The position numbers and the translations under genes were made by a program. Of a DNA stretch of 64,000 nucleotides, positions 39,846-53,369 are shown in pieces. Source of the DNA: Octopus sinensis (lineage: Eukaryota); assembly GCF_006345805.1 (NCBI RefSeq), contig NC_042998.1:96038001-96102000 (forward strand). The letters are read 5' to 3'. Below the pieces are notes generated by a model. That model had not been told where the DNA came from. It saw nothing but the letters and a program-made list of their open reading frames with translations, and did not search any database. Every line of letters begins with the position of its first letter. Within the stretch, counting starts at the first letter, position 1.

Positions 39846-40553
39846 AAATATTTACGATTTCTTTGCAACTAGGTCTTCCCATAGAAATTTGGCAAGGCGA
39901 GACAAGATTATTACCGGGGCCCGGGAGAGAGAGAGAGAGAGAGAGAGAGTTTCTGCCAAAACTCAATTTTTTTTTGCAGTAGAGTGAGGTGGGAGGCAGT
40001 ATACCAAAACATTATGGGAAAATAGTGAGTGTTAGTTAATGAGATGGGAGTCACGCGTACCTTCTTGGAATTCTGGGGTTGATGTTGCCGCTTGCATTTT
40101 ATACATTGAATAAATCAGTGGAATGATAAAGATCTGTAAAACATAATTTTTCTTAGTTTCAATTCATAGACATGTACAATTCATACACAAGCATGTACGA
40201 TGCTGGCTGTCTCATTAGATTCTGGCGCTAAATACAAGAATAGAAAACTGTATCATGCAGTCGTACGTAATTACTAGAAAGCAGATGAATGCGGAAGATC
40301 AAATTAGACAAGTGCTTAGTAATATCTGTTTGTGAGGTGGTATTGAAAACCAGAGATAGGCAATTTCAAACGCAATTATAACGAATGAGTTTCTTTCGGG
40401 AGAATTCGGCGGTGAGTAACACCCCGGAGTACTTATGTTGCTCTTGATCTCTGTTCTGAGCATTATGAATCATTGTTCTCCAATCAATAACTTCCTACAC
40501 AACATGTTACAGCAGATACTCGTTTGTGTCTGTCTCAGGCAGGTGTTACCACG

Positions 40554-40637
<84 letters not shown>

Positions 40638-40779
40638 CATAATTGAGGGTAAAATTAATTAGTTATAATCAATTTCACCAAGTAGTGTTCAGTATGTAAA
40701 AGGACCATTTAAGGCGTATTCAAAATATTACATTATATTACATTTTATTATTCAAAATATATATAATTATATATATAAT

Positions 40780-40811
<32 letters not shown>

Positions 40812-40868
40812 CACTCTCTATTTCGTACATTATCTAAATTAACTATTGCTTAACCATCTTCTCACACC

Positions 40869-40916
40869 GTCTCCAATGAAGGGATATAATAAATATCCTA
40901 GAAACAGCTGTAAGAC
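40869..40916 (+). ncRNA. Type I hammerhead-like motif with mutated CUGA box
   Basis: gtct-CCAATGA-a-gggata..tatcct-a-GAAA-cagctg-TA-agac. Confidence 0.6.
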
Positions 40917-41162
40917 CTATTTATAAATGTTCTAAAATCTACACAGCCTTGGGTTTTTTTTTTATCTCATTACGAATATATATTATATATATATATATAT
41001 ATATACACCACACACACACATAAATATTCGTGTGTGTGCGCGTGTGAGTAGTGCGTGCGCGTGTGAGTAGTGCGTGCGCGTGTGAGTGTGCGTGCGTATG
41101 TGTGTTTATGTTATAAATGTTCTAAAATCTACACAGCCTTGGGTTTTTGTATCTCATTACGA

Positions 41163-41209
<47 letters not shown>

Positions 41210-42796
41210 TAATATTTGTGTGTGTGCGCGTGTGAGTAGTGCGTGCGTATGTGTGTGTATGTATACGTAGGCGGGAAATTCATGCGTATGTGTTATCATA
41301 CACGATACATATGTCCTAGAATACATGTGCCCACATACGTTTACTGTATCATTCCTGAAAGGCAAAACCAAAGTGAAAGATGAAACTAGATGTAAATCTC
41401 ATTTGCATAATTCTAATTAGCATATTTTGAAATATAGAAGTTTGTAGATAAATTATTTATTCATTTGTTTATTTATATTTTATTTATTTATGTTAACGTT
41501 TTACAAATTTTTGTTCCCAGATACAGATTTTGTCACTTTCATTGGATTCTGGAACTTAGCGCATTTTAAAACAGATGAATTTCAAAATTAACAGGAAAAA
41601 AAAACAAAACAATTGCGTTTAACAACCCCCCCCCACACACACACAAACACACATACACGCACACACACACACGCACGCACGCACGCACACGCACACACAC
41701 ACACAAACACACACACACACGCATACACACACACGCACGCACACACACACACACACGCACGCGCGCACGCACACACACACACACAAACACACACACACAT
41801 ACACACACATACACGCACACACACACACACTATATACTGATACCCGACTGGAATTTTTTTTAGTTTACGACGAAAACAGTCCCCCTCTGCAAGTCCGTGA
41901 TTTTAGCATATATATAGAAATGCTTGCAAGAATAGTTATCAAGGGAGATAACTCAATCTTTTTTTAAATGCATGATTTCTTTTACTATTCTGATTTTGAC
42001 AATAACCATAACCTAAGATTTTCAACTGAAAGTAACAATGCTTGTCAATTCGAATTTTTGTTTAATGCGATATTTTAAAAAATAAATGAATAATGTGCTA
42101 AAACGCTTTAAAAAAAAATATATATACTTTTGAAATATATTTTGATGTAGAGTTACTTCCCTTAGACTAGCTTCCTTTTTAGTTCTCAGAAATTACTATT
42201 TTAATATTGAACATTGCGATAATATGTAACTTAGATAAGTTAGTTATGTTTCGGCCAAAGATTGGCTTAGACCGTGTGTAACTTAATAGTATTCCTTGAA
42301 GGAATTTGTCCCGGTTTCGTTTGCAGATGGTGGGATCATATTCTTCCTACATTTCATTTGGGATTATAGCTAATATTTCTTATACGCGGGGTATAAGTCA
42401 CTGAGTAATATTTTCCTCATTCAATATTTAGTTTGGGATATACGTTCTGGGCTCAAATTTCACTGAATTCAAATTTACTTTCATTCTTCTTGAGTAAGAT
42501 TTAATGGAGTAAGATTTAATGGATTTCCGTCGATTTCAACGATGAACTTCCGGATCATTGAATTAGCGTGTAAAGTGATTGACTATTCTATAGTCATACC
42601 TTTCACATAACTGTCGAGAAGAACGAGTGTGGTACATTGTAAGAAGGCGGTCTTTTATATGACAAACAGAATCTATTCGAGAGACTTCCACAGTTTCCGT
42701 CAACCCAATTTCACTCAACGAAGCTTGGGTCGACTTTTAGGCTTCATTAAAAGACATCTGTCCAAAATATCATGAGATGGGAAAGAATACGAAACC

Positions 42797-43135
42797 TCGC
42801 GATTCCAAAACTTACTTCTTAAGCATTTGGTCACACTGCACTCTAATCGAGTTCATTTCCCTCTAAAACACACGTCCTTGAACTAATGTCAAAAACCAAT
42901 GCTGTTTCAAAACTGATTATCGAGCACAAACGGGAGACAACTCTGGATATATTTTGGTATTACCCCGACTTCATCAGTGAAACCTAGCCCCCATTATACT
43001 TGCGAAAATAAAGATGAATAAATCACTAATTGAATGTACAAGGTTGTACATTTTGTTAGCCTAGAAGAATAAAATAGTTGGCAGATTAAGTAACTCACCA
43101 ACTATCAGCATGAAAAACAACGGGTAAGTTACAGT
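42797..43135. repeat. Left arm of ~335-bp inverted repeat (partner 45650-45981)
   Basis: Reverse complement aligns along its whole length (e.g. gaatgtacaaggttgtacatttt, acaaacgggagacaact). Confidence 0.9.
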
Positions 43136-43859
43136 AAATCCAATATATCCATCGTGGGGATATATTGGAACTGAACCCGGGACCATTCCATTGCAAAACA
43201 AACTTCTTAAGTATGCAGCTAAAACGACTGCACCTTCCTCTAAAAGCGTGCCCTTGAGCGAATGTTAAAATCAATATTGTTTTGCTTTTTGTTTTGTTGG
43301 TCACATACGGGAAACAATTCACGGTATATTTTGATAGTATTCTGACCTCCTCAGTGAAATCTGGCCTCCATTGTACTTTGCGGAAGTAGTAAAAAATGAC
43401 TCACACAGTAAACCTACAAAGTTGTAGATATTGTTGACTTAGGAGAATAGTCTTGTTTGCAGATTAAGTAAATCAACAGCCAACTGCACGAAAAAAACCC
43501 GGTAAGTTTATAGCTAAGTATTTATTGTATGAAGCATTATAAAAGGTAACAAGAAATTCTGTAAGCAAAGCACGATGTTAGTAAACGAGTAATACATGCA
43601 ACCTGATGCTTTTAGGAAAGGTGAAATAGGAAGTTACGACATTAATAGGACGTGAGTCAAATGAATAAAATTCCAAGTGGGTTCAGGTACGGCTGCGTGG
43701 TTAAGTAGTTTATTTGGCTGCCATGTGGGTTCAAGTTCGATCTCGTTGCGCGGCACCTTGGACATGTTATATATCGCCTCTATGGATAAGCGATTTAAAG
43801 GTGCGAAACGAATGACCACTCTTTGACCAACAATAGCAACCAACATCCTATATATATAT

Positions 43860-43900
<41 letters not shown>

Positions 43901-43926
43901 TGTGTGTGTGTGTGTGCATAAGTGTG

Positions 43927-44230
43927 AAGGCGATTGGCTCAGTGGTTAGAGCGTCGAGCTTACGATCGTGAGGTTGTGAGTTCGAATCCTGGACCGGGCT
44001 GCGTGTTGTGTTCTTGAGCAAGACACTTTATTTCACATTGCTCCAGTTCACTCAGCTGTAGAAATGAGTTGCGACGTCACAGGTATCAAGCTGTATCTGC
44101 TGTTGCCTTTCCCTTGGATAACACTGGTGGCGTGAAGAGGGGAGAACGGTATGCATGGGCGACTGCTGGTCTTCCATAAACAACCTTGCCCGGACTTGTG
44201 CCTGGGAGGGTAACTTTCTAGGTGCACAAC
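43927..44230 (+). mobile_element. tRNA-SINE family C-type head with a different 3' part
   Basis: TGGCTCAGTGGTTAGAGC (A box) and GAGTTCGAATCC (B box), then gtgttcttgagcaagacacttta. Confidence 0.85.
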
Positions 44231-44314
44231 ACAACACATGCTCTAACTACTGAGACATGCGCCTTCACCACACACGTATACATAGATAAATACATACATA
44301 CATGCATACATACA

Positions 44315-44348
<34 letters not shown>

Positions 44349-44590
44349 CATACATACATATGTGCATGCATACATACTAACACATATTCTTTTATTCTTT
44401 TATTCTTTTACATGTTTCAGTCATTTGACTGCGGCCATGCTGGAGCACCACCTTAATGTATGTATATATATATATATATATTATATATGTGTGTGTGTGT
44501 GGTGGTGTAGTGTGTGTGTGTGTGTGTGTGTGTGTGGAGAAAGAGAAAGAAAGAGAGAGAGAGAGAAGAGAGAGAAGAGAGACGGAGTGA

Positions 44591-44630
<40 letters not shown>

Positions 44631-44689
44631 AAGTACTTCTTGAAGGTGCCGTGCACTGGGATTGAACTCGAAGACCTGTCGATTCAATG

Positions 44690-44990
44690 TAGTTTGAAGA
44701 GACTGAAACAGGTAGAAATCTTAAAGTGCAAGGGCGGGAAATTATGGAAGATGCGACCGAACTTTCCAGCCAAGCCCTTGTAACTTTTGCCACGTTTTCA
44801 AAGAAGTATACAACTTGACATTGTCGTGATGAAAGACAACGTCCTTATAATTAGCAAATGCTGGAGGCTTCTGGTGGATCACTGCATTGAATTTGTCCAC
44901 TTAGTCACAGTACATATCCGAATTGATGGTTTTATCCGTGAGAAGAAGGTCGTAAAGGACACTTTTCTAATCCCACTAAATTGAAAACAA
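44690..44990 (-). mobile_element. mariner (DD34D) transposase fragment
   Basis: Minus-strand VVFHHDNVKL..QKLQGLGWKVRSHLP..DFYLFQSLQ. Confidence 0.75.
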
Positions 44991-45402
44991 AGTTTTAGCT
45001 AGCCTAATATATAATACACACATCTATAATGATAAATGTCAAAACGAATTTCTGTGTGTCAGTGTGTCACACTTTGATCGCACTCTCTCGTTATTCAATG
45101 ACACTTCTTTTTCTACTCATCTTGCTGAGGTGAGAGTAATAGTAGGCATAAAGAAGGTGAGGGCGGTAGTAGATCGGTGATAGAAGCGGAGGCGACGGTG
45201 ATGGTGGTGGTGGCGGTCGTGGTGGTGATGGTGGTAGCTGCGGCGGTCAAGCATGACGGTGACAGTAAGGGATGTGAAAGACAGTGGTGATTGTGGTGGA
45301 GGGGAAGGCGGAGAAGTCAAAGTCTGAATGGTGTGTGTATGGCAGTTTTGGTGACGATGGTGGTGGTACTGGTGATGGTGTGGTTGAAAACAATCAACAG
45401 AA

Positions 45403-45449
<47 letters not shown>

Positions 45450-45649
45450 GTTAGACAAAAAAATTGTATTAACCCCCGAATGCAAAGACAAAATATGTTT
45501 ATGAAGCTTTGAATATTATATCATTGTTTTGACGAAAATTGTTCATTGCTTGAAAAATATTGGTCAAGTTTAATAAATTTAATATGTACCCAATGCATGA
45601 AGTGTCACTCAAGACCCAATGAAGAGCCCTCCACAGAAGCTAGCTTAAA

Positions 45650-45981
45650 ACTGTTACTTACCCGTTGTTTTTCATGTAGATGGTTGATGAGTTTCTTAAT
45701 CTGCCAACTATTTCTAGCCTAATAAAATGTACAACCTTGTACATTCAGTTAATAATTCATTCTTCTCTTCTCTCGCCAGTATAATGGGGACTAGGTTTCA
45801 CTGATGAGGTCGGGATAATACCAAAATATATCCAAAGTTGTCTCCCGTTTGTGCCCAATAAGCAGTTTTGAAACAGCATTTGTTTTTAGCATTAGCTGAA
45901 GGACATGCGTTTTAGAGGAAAATGAAGTCGTTTAGAGTGTAGTGTGGCCGAATGCTTAAGAAGTTAGTTTCGGAATCGCGA
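45650..45981. repeat. Right arm of the inverted repeat (partner 42797-43135)
   Basis: See partner. Confidence 0.9.
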
Positions 45982-46409
45982 CTATATATATATATATATA
46001 TTTGAGGGCGGCTAGCTGACAGAAACGTTAGCACGCTGGGCGAGATGCTTAGCAGTATTTCGTCTGCCGTTACGTTTTGAGTTCAAATTCCGCCGAGGTC
46101 GACTTTGCCTTTCATCTTTTCGGGGTTGATTAAATAAAATGTTTAGCATTTCGTCCGTCTTTACGTTCTAAGTTCAAATTCCGCCAGTTGAGTATTGTGA
46201 TCGATGTAATCGACTTATCTCTTTCCTTCGAAATCGCTGGTCTTGTGTCAAGATTTGAAACCAATATCTCATAGAGACTGTGAGTTGGGGGGAAATGTAA
46301 TATATGGGAACAAATGCCTTAAGAAACAACTTTGGCCACTTTTTAAAACAATTTAATATATCTTCCTTCCATGGACATGCTTATAAAACAAAGGTGGAAC
46401 GGGGGGAAT

Positions 46410-46880
46410 CGTGGACTACATGACTTTCAGAAGCACTTTTCTACACTCAGAATTGTTGAAGCATTGAATAGTTCACCTGTATTGATTGTTGGCTGTCAGG
46501 ACACTGCATCCTTCAAAAAATCCCTGCTTCCTGAAATTCTTCAACACTCCTCCTCATGTGCGTATTCATTCTTTCCTCTTTACTGCTCAATTTCCTCTCT
46601 TTTTGGGTTTTATTCTTTTTACTGCACAAGCACTTTTGGCTTTCACAATTAATTTTCTTTATTTGCCCTATTAATACTTTCGGCCTCCTCTTTTACTCAA
46701 TGGCGTATCTAGAGTATGTGTGTCACTGGGGGTCGTCCTTGAATTTACCATCGCCGCTGTCCGACCCTGTACAGGCTTATACAGCAGACCCCAAAGTGTC
46801 ACCCACATAAAAGCTACTGCTTTCACCCCTTTCCAAAGAGTTATAGTACACCTGAGCATTGTATACAATATACTCATTAT
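46410..46880 (+). mobile_element. Older, diverged CR1-type LINE 3' end
   Basis: HDFQKHFSTLRIVEALNSSP..ASFKKSLLPEI; ends cacctgagcattgtatacaata like the 27004 copy. Confidence 0.75.
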
Positions 46881-46882
46881 TG

Positions 46883-47640
46883 AAGGCGGCGAGCTGGCAG
46901 AATCGTTAGCATGCCGGACGAAATGCTTAGCGGTATTTCGTCTACCGTTACGTTCTGAGTTCAAATTCTACCGAGGTTGACTTTGCCTTTCATCCTTTCG
47001 GGGTCGATTAAATAAGTACCAGTTGCGCGCTGGAGTCGATATAATCGACTTAGTCCGTTTGTCTGTCCTTGTTTGTCCTCTTTGTGTTTAGCCCCATGTG
47101 GGTAGTAAAGAAATAAGTATTTTGTCTGCCGTTACGTTCTGAGTTTAAATTCCGCCGCGGTCGACTTTGCCTTTCATCCTTTCGGGGTCGATAAATTAAG
47201 TACCAGTTACGCTCTGGGGTCGATGTAATCGACTTAATCCGTTTGTCTGTCCTTGTTTGTCCCCTCTATGTTCAACCCCCTGTGGGCAATAAAGAAATAA
47301 GAATCATTTGCACGCGGGAAAAATGCTTAGCGGTATTTCGTCTGCTGTTACGTTCTGAGTTCAAATTCCGCCGAGGTCGACTTTACCTTTCATCCTTTCG
47401 GGGTCGATAAATTAAGTACCAGTGACGCACTGGGGTCGATGTAATCAACTTAATCCGTTTGTCTGTACTTGTTTGTCCCCTCTATGTTTAGCCCCTTGTG
47501 AGCAATAAAGAAATAGGTATTTCGTCTGTCTCTAGGTTCTGAGTTCAATTTCCTCCGATGCCAGCTTGGCCTTTCACCCTTTCGGGGTCGATAAAATAAG
47601 GACCAATTGGGCACTGAGGGTCGATGTAATTGACTTAACT
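46883..47640 (+). mobile_element. Tandem array of four SINE family A units
   Basis: One full head (ggcggcgagctggcag) followed by three head-less ~185-bp units. Confidence 0.92.
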
Positions 47641-48184
47641 ACTCCTGAGTATGAGTATAAAAACTACACCCCTCTGCCAAGCCATGTTGAGCCAGTGTAG
47701 CAGAGCAGGCTCATCAAACCACCGTCGGCGGAGAGAACATACTGAGGCTTTCATCCTGCAGTGGACTGAACATAGGAATTCTAATCCAAACCAATCCAAA
47801 CTCATTATTATAAAATGTTTAGTTCTTTTTCTTTTTTTACGCTCGGAGTTCAGACCTTGTTGGGTTCACTGCACTAATTATTTGTGTCGAGTCAGTCAGT
47901 ATATAGCCTGCCTTAATGCCTTATAAATGTGTAACCTTGTGCCAAGGTAAGAAATCGATAATCTTTCACTACTAAATTGTAATTAAGATGAAGGAAATTA
48001 GTGAAATTTATTGGAAACAAAATTTAATTAGTTTTCCTTTAGCACAATGGCACATTTTTGCAGGTAGTGGCGGAATAATACATACATACATACATACATA
48101 CATACATACATACATACATACATACATACATACATACATGCACACACACATGTACACGCATGCATACATATATACATCTTCGTG

Positions 48185-48510
48185 GTACTCCGTCGGTTAC
48201 GACGAAGAGGGTTCCAGTTGATCCGATCAACGGAACAGCCTTCTCGTGAAATTAATGTGCAAGTGGCTGAGCACGCAACAGACACGTGTACCCTTAACGT
48301 AGTCGCCGGGGAGATTCAGTGTGACACAGTGTGTGACATAGCTAGCCCTTTAAAATACAGGTACAACAGAAACAGGAAGAAAGAGTGAGAGAAAGTTGCG
48401 TTGAAAGAATAGAGCAGGGGTTCGCCACCACTCCCAGCCGGAGCCTCGTGGAGCTTTAGGAGTTTTGGCTTAATAAACCCAACGCCCGGTCTAGGAATCG
48501 AAACCGCGCC
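48185..48510 (-). mobile_element. SINE family C-related copy
   Basis: ctccgtcggttacgacga...ggaatcgaaaccgcg is the reverse of the 33755 and 1836 motifs. Confidence 0.7.
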
Positions 48511-48894
48511 TCCACAAATACATACATACACACACGTACATACACACATACATACATACATACACACACACATACACATACACATACACATACACATACA
48601 TACATACATGCATACGTGTGTATCTGTGTGTGTGCGTGTGTGTAGGCGCGTGGCTTAGTGACTAGAGGTATTGCACTCATAATGGTAACATTGTTATTTC
48701 GATTCGTGGACCGAGTGATGCACTGTGTTTTTGAGCAAAACACATTATTTTACGTTGCTCCAGTTCACCCAGATGGTGAAAATGAGTAACCATGCTACAG
48801 ACCAGTAGAGGAGTCCCGAAGTGATGAGGAGAAAAGCTAGACGTTGACAAAACTCAGGAGTAGAAATTTAAATTATTGCAAGTTTTAAGTATAA

Positions 48895-49415
48895 CTAGCA
48901 GAAATACCCGTCTTCAAAAATTACACCTTGATTATGGAAGTTACTGCTTCGATATTATTGAATGTTTTGTAGTGGAATACCCGCAAGGTCTTATTGCCAG
49001 GTTTCGGCCCAAAATGTTATAATATTTTACTAATGGGTCCGCTGATAGTCAGTCTCTTCAGCTCTTTCTCTTTTCCTACGCTGAAATTGCTTAGGTAGTC
49101 CAAATCTAATTTTTTTCGGAGGCATTGTAGTAGGGTGAATTAATCTATATGCAAGATAGGGGACTTAACTCATGTTAGGAAACTTACGGATTTCACTGAC
49201 GTGAAAATTGGTAAAAGTTATTGTGAAAATCGATTTTTACCGCTACCCGGAGGTGCTTCGGGAAAAATAAGTTGACAAAAGCACAGCCATGATCGTGACA
49301 AATGTCCTCCTAAAATTGGAGCGATATGCGTGCTAATTTGTGGACGTGCATAAAGTACATTCACGTACACACACACACACACACACACACACATCCTGCC
49401 TTTTATAGATATAGA
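48895..49415 (-). mobile_element. Non-autonomous Helitron
   Basis: Minus strand starts A|TCTATATCTATAAAAGGCAGG and ends gacgggtatttctgCTAG|T. Confidence 0.75.
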
Positions 49416-49904
49416 TGTTTAGTGAACTGATTAATAATGTTTTTAGCACTTTTTTCATCCTCTTCATGTGCCATGCCTACAAGTATCGGTGATCGGGGAT
49501 CTCCATGTCGAAGTCTGAAAATGCATAATTTTTGTTGTAAAAATTGAAATCCTGTTGTCTTCTGTAGGTTTATTTACACTTTATCCTGTTAGTTTCCTAA
49601 TCTAACCGAATTAGCTTCGAGGCAAATACCTATTTAGGAGGAATGTTTCACGTGACATAAAGGTATATCAACAGATCAATGAGCCCCAATGACACATGCC
49701 TTAGTGCCAGCCATTCGCTGAGTCCTGTATATCTCAGCCACAGAACCGTCTCCTACATTGACAGGTACTACCATTTGGAACCCAAATGGATCCGGTGTAG
49801 TGGTGGCTGAGGAGGAAACCCACACTCCCCAAAACTCCTAAATTCACGAGGTAAATCCGTACTACCGGATGCAGTTTAATATTTTGCCCAGGATATCAGT
49901 ACGA

Positions 49905-50450
49905 GTACTTACTTATGCCCTTCGCTCCCTATGGAACATAAACCATCGACGGCTTTTCTCCACTATGCTGTCTTTTCTGCTTCTCTCCAGTTGGATCCGT
50001 ACCTTTTCAGTTCTGCCTCAGTATCCCATCTCCAGATATTTTTAAAAGGTCCCCTCTTCCGCATATCTCGTGGGTTCGGTGTTATTGTCTGACGTATAAT
50101 ACAGGATGTAGGTTTCCTTAAGGTGTGACCCATCCTTCAGCTTCCTCTCAGATTTTACTGTACTGCGTCATTTGTTTCCCTGAGGAAAGGCCTTCCTCTC
50201 CCAGGTCTTGTTGGTTATGAATGGTCATCGGTGCTTCTGTAGCTTCGCTTTTTTCTTGATAGGGGTATTGGCCTTATGCATACCCATCTGTACCCCTGAA
50301 AAGAAGTGGTCTATATCAGTTTGGTCTCTGCCCTTTGACCTGTTCAGCATAGGAAGCCCTAGCAGGAGATTGTGTTTCGCTGACATAACTCCCAGGGCCA
50401 TTGAGGCACACAAGCCACCACAGCATAACAAAGCATGGATCTTGTTGTGG
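49905..50450 (-). mobile_element. Internally deleted RTE LINE (5' UTR joined to ORF 3' end)
   Basis: Minus-strand GHTLRKPTSCIIRQTITPNPRDMRKRGP..WR..WRKAVDGLCSIGSEG followed by a (taag/tac)-type tail; the upstream part resembles RTE 5' UTRs. Confidence 0.75.
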
Positions 50451-52144
50451 ATTAACACAATTAGTAATATTGTAATCCCACTCGGTCAACTTTGCTAAAA
50501 ATCCTCTCAAGATCAATATATACTGGTCTGGGTTGGTGGATTGACGGGATCGTAAGAACCTCAGAGCATATGCCTTGTGTTTTGTGTATCCTGATTTCAA
50601 ATGACTCTTATCATTAACCTCCATTCCTCGTGGTTGGAGACGGAGACATCAGAGTACAACTATCGATGGTCAGATGGAGCCTCTTGTCGATTGGAGCAAC
50701 ATCTCAATGGTATTAATGATGTATGAATGCGTAACACAGCGAGTTGGCAGAATCATTAGCACGCCGGGGAAAATGCTTAGCAGCATTTCGTTCGTTCTTA
50801 CATTCTGGGATTCAAATTCCACCATGGTCGACTCTGCCTTTTATCCTTTCGGGGTCGATAAAATAAGTACCAGTTGAGCACTGGAGTCGATCTAACCGAT
50901 TTACCCCCATCCTCTCAAATTGCTGGGTTTGTGCCAAAATTTGAAACCAATATGTATGAATCAGGGCCGAGAATTGAATCAGGCTGAAGGCTATTTGGTA
51001 AAGCGTTTTATAGTTTCTAGCAAAATGGGTACTCGTGTCAAATCGTTAAATGAGAAACCACTCTAATTTAATATGTTAAAAGAAAATACTAATAAGATTT
51101 TGAATCTACTGGAAAAGAAAAAAAAATTAAATTAAATATGTCGGAATTAAAAAGCGAAAAGAATAAATCCAGAAAACAAAAAATAAAAGTAAAAGTATAA
51201 GAAATAAATAATGAAGACATACAGCTGGCTGAACTTAAAAGTTATCCTAAAATACTAAGCGGGAACAGATTATCGGGAATTCTTAACAGCCCTCATAATA
51301 AACATGTCTTCGTTTTTGTTGTTGTTGTTTTATCTCCTATTCTATGTTGCTAATTTTGATTCCTTACATTGGTACAAGGTCACATGTTGTTGTTAGGGAG
51401 GGGCCATATACTAATTTAGTCGACCCACTTACAAGTCTGCCACTTATTTTAACAACTCCGAAGAGATGAAAGGCGAAGTCGGACCCAGTCCCACTAACAT
51501 TTTCATAACGATAAAGGGTTTGTTAGCTGTAGTTTAATAGGTCAACTTCTGATGACCTGGTTTTGTTTTATAGTTTTCTATTGCAGTTGGTGCCCTTTCA
51601 CATCACCTCTGCTCCTAATGCCCCTGGGAAAGTCTTGATCACAACTTCTCATTCATCCGACTCATACAAAACTATATTCGTATATTTGTATCACGTTGAC
51701 TACCAAAATGAAAAATGATTTAGTTGAGTAATCGATAATGATGGTGTGTTCAATAGAGATGAGCTACTCGGCGAAACAAATTCGTTACGCTGTTTTCATA
51801 CCCGTTTGAAGACACGGGAATAGTATCAACTAAGAATGGTGTTGCACGTGCCTCTCAGAACATTACGTGCAGAACGCTATGAAAGATCTATGCTGCCTGT
51901 AAAAAAAAAAATGGGAAAGCGATGTATGCAAATAAGAAATCGATTTTTCAATAAAGCTTATGTAATTTTTTACATAATTTTTAACCTTGTCAACAGGTGC
52001 ATAATAGCTACCTCTAAAATATGCACATATATATAAAAAAAAACATTATCTCTTAATTATATTTAGTTTTGTTTCTTTGTGGTCAATGTGTCAATAATAG
52101 CTACATCTCAAGTATAAAATGAAAAATAACTTTATTTTAATATT

Positions 52145-52347
52145 CTTTTCTATTCTAGGCACAAGGCCCCCGACATTTTTGGTGAGTGGGGCCAGTCGAT
52201 TAAATCGACCCCAGGACGCAACTGCAACTTAATTTATCGACCCCTAAAAGATGAAAGGCAAAATCGACCTCGGCGGAATTTGAACACAGAATGTAGAGGC
52301 AGATGAAATACCGCTAAGCATTTCGCCCGGCATGATAACGCCGCCTT
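52145..52347 (-). mobile_element. SINE family A
   Basis: tttatcgacccctaaaagatgaaaggcaaaatcgacctcggcggaatttgaac. Confidence 0.85.
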
Positions 52348-52653
52348 AATTTTGTCTTAATATTTGAAAGTAAGTGTAACATATAGATATTAAGAACACA
52401 CGTACCATTTACAAAATCTGACATAAAATTATTTGGAAAGATGATACCATTCTATAAAATGAGATATTTAGAAACAGGCACAATTACAAATATTTTTATA
52501 TCTACATTTTTTCTATGAACTGTGGAGTTCATATTGTTTCACCTTCTTTCTCTTCTTTTATATTCCCACCATCGCATATATATATATTTATATATATTTA
52601 TTTTCTGAGTATTCCAAGCGTATCCTAATGTAATCCGTGTGTTGTCCTTTGTA

Positions 52654-52756
52654 CACCCTGATGATTTTCCGTACAAGTCATTTAAAATGCAAAATTATAT
52701 ATCTATATATAGTTTGTAATTTTAATTTTGTTTGTGAAATGAAACAATTGTTGGTG
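52654..52756 (+). ncRNA. Type I hammerhead ribozyme, intact core, long helix II
   Basis: cacc-CTGATGA-(76-nt AT-rich hairpin)-GAAA-caattg-TT-ggtg. Confidence 0.75.
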
Positions 52757-52818
52757 AATATGTTGATTAAGTAATAAAATAATTTGTATCCATTAGATCA
52801 CTCTGTTTTTTAAACTTG

Positions 52819-52872
<54 letters not shown>

Positions 52873-52873
<1 letters not shown>

Positions 52874-53019
52874 GTAGATTGCTTACGAACCACATGTTCC
52901 GGGTTCAGTTCCACTGCGTGGCACCTTGGGCAAGTGTCTTCTACTATAGCCTCGGGTCGACCAAAGCCTTGTGAGTGGATTTGGTAAACGGAAACTGAAA
53001 GAAGCCCGTCGTATATATG

Positions 53020-53054
<35 letters not shown>

Positions 53055-53280
53055 ATGTGTCTGTGTGTCCGTGTTTGTCCCGCTAACATCGCTTGACAAC
53101 CGATGCTGGTGTGTTTACGCCCCCGTAACTTAGCGGTTCGGCAAAAGAGCCCGATAGAATAAGTACTAGGCTTACAAAGAATAAGTCCTGGGGTCGATTT
53201 GCTCGACTAAAGGTGGTGCTCCTGCATGGCCACAGTCAAATGACTGAAACAAGTAAAAGTGTAAAGAGTAAGATTAAGAG
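52873..53280 (+). mobile_element. SINE family B
   Basis: Near-complete copy with internal (TA)(TG) and a gtaaaag tail. Confidence 0.9.
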
Positions 53281-53369
53281 TATGTATGTATGCATGGATG
53301 GATGGATGGATGTACGAGTGAGTGAACAAGCGTAAAACTAAAAGAGCACTGGATACAAACTATAATATG

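Noticed and set aside
43927-44000. tRNA-like sequence with good A and B boxes
   Set aside because: It runs directly into a SINE body, and the acceptor stem is not convincingly paired; it is a SINE head, as are 1836, 33755 and 48645
45795-45880. CTGATGA ... GAAAC as another hammerhead
   Set aside because: No helix III/UH or helix I partner in type I or III topology, and no helix II closing both boxes
46883-47640. CRISPR-like regular repeats
   Set aside because: Units are ~185-bp SINE copies without unique spacers; eukaryotic context; no cas genes
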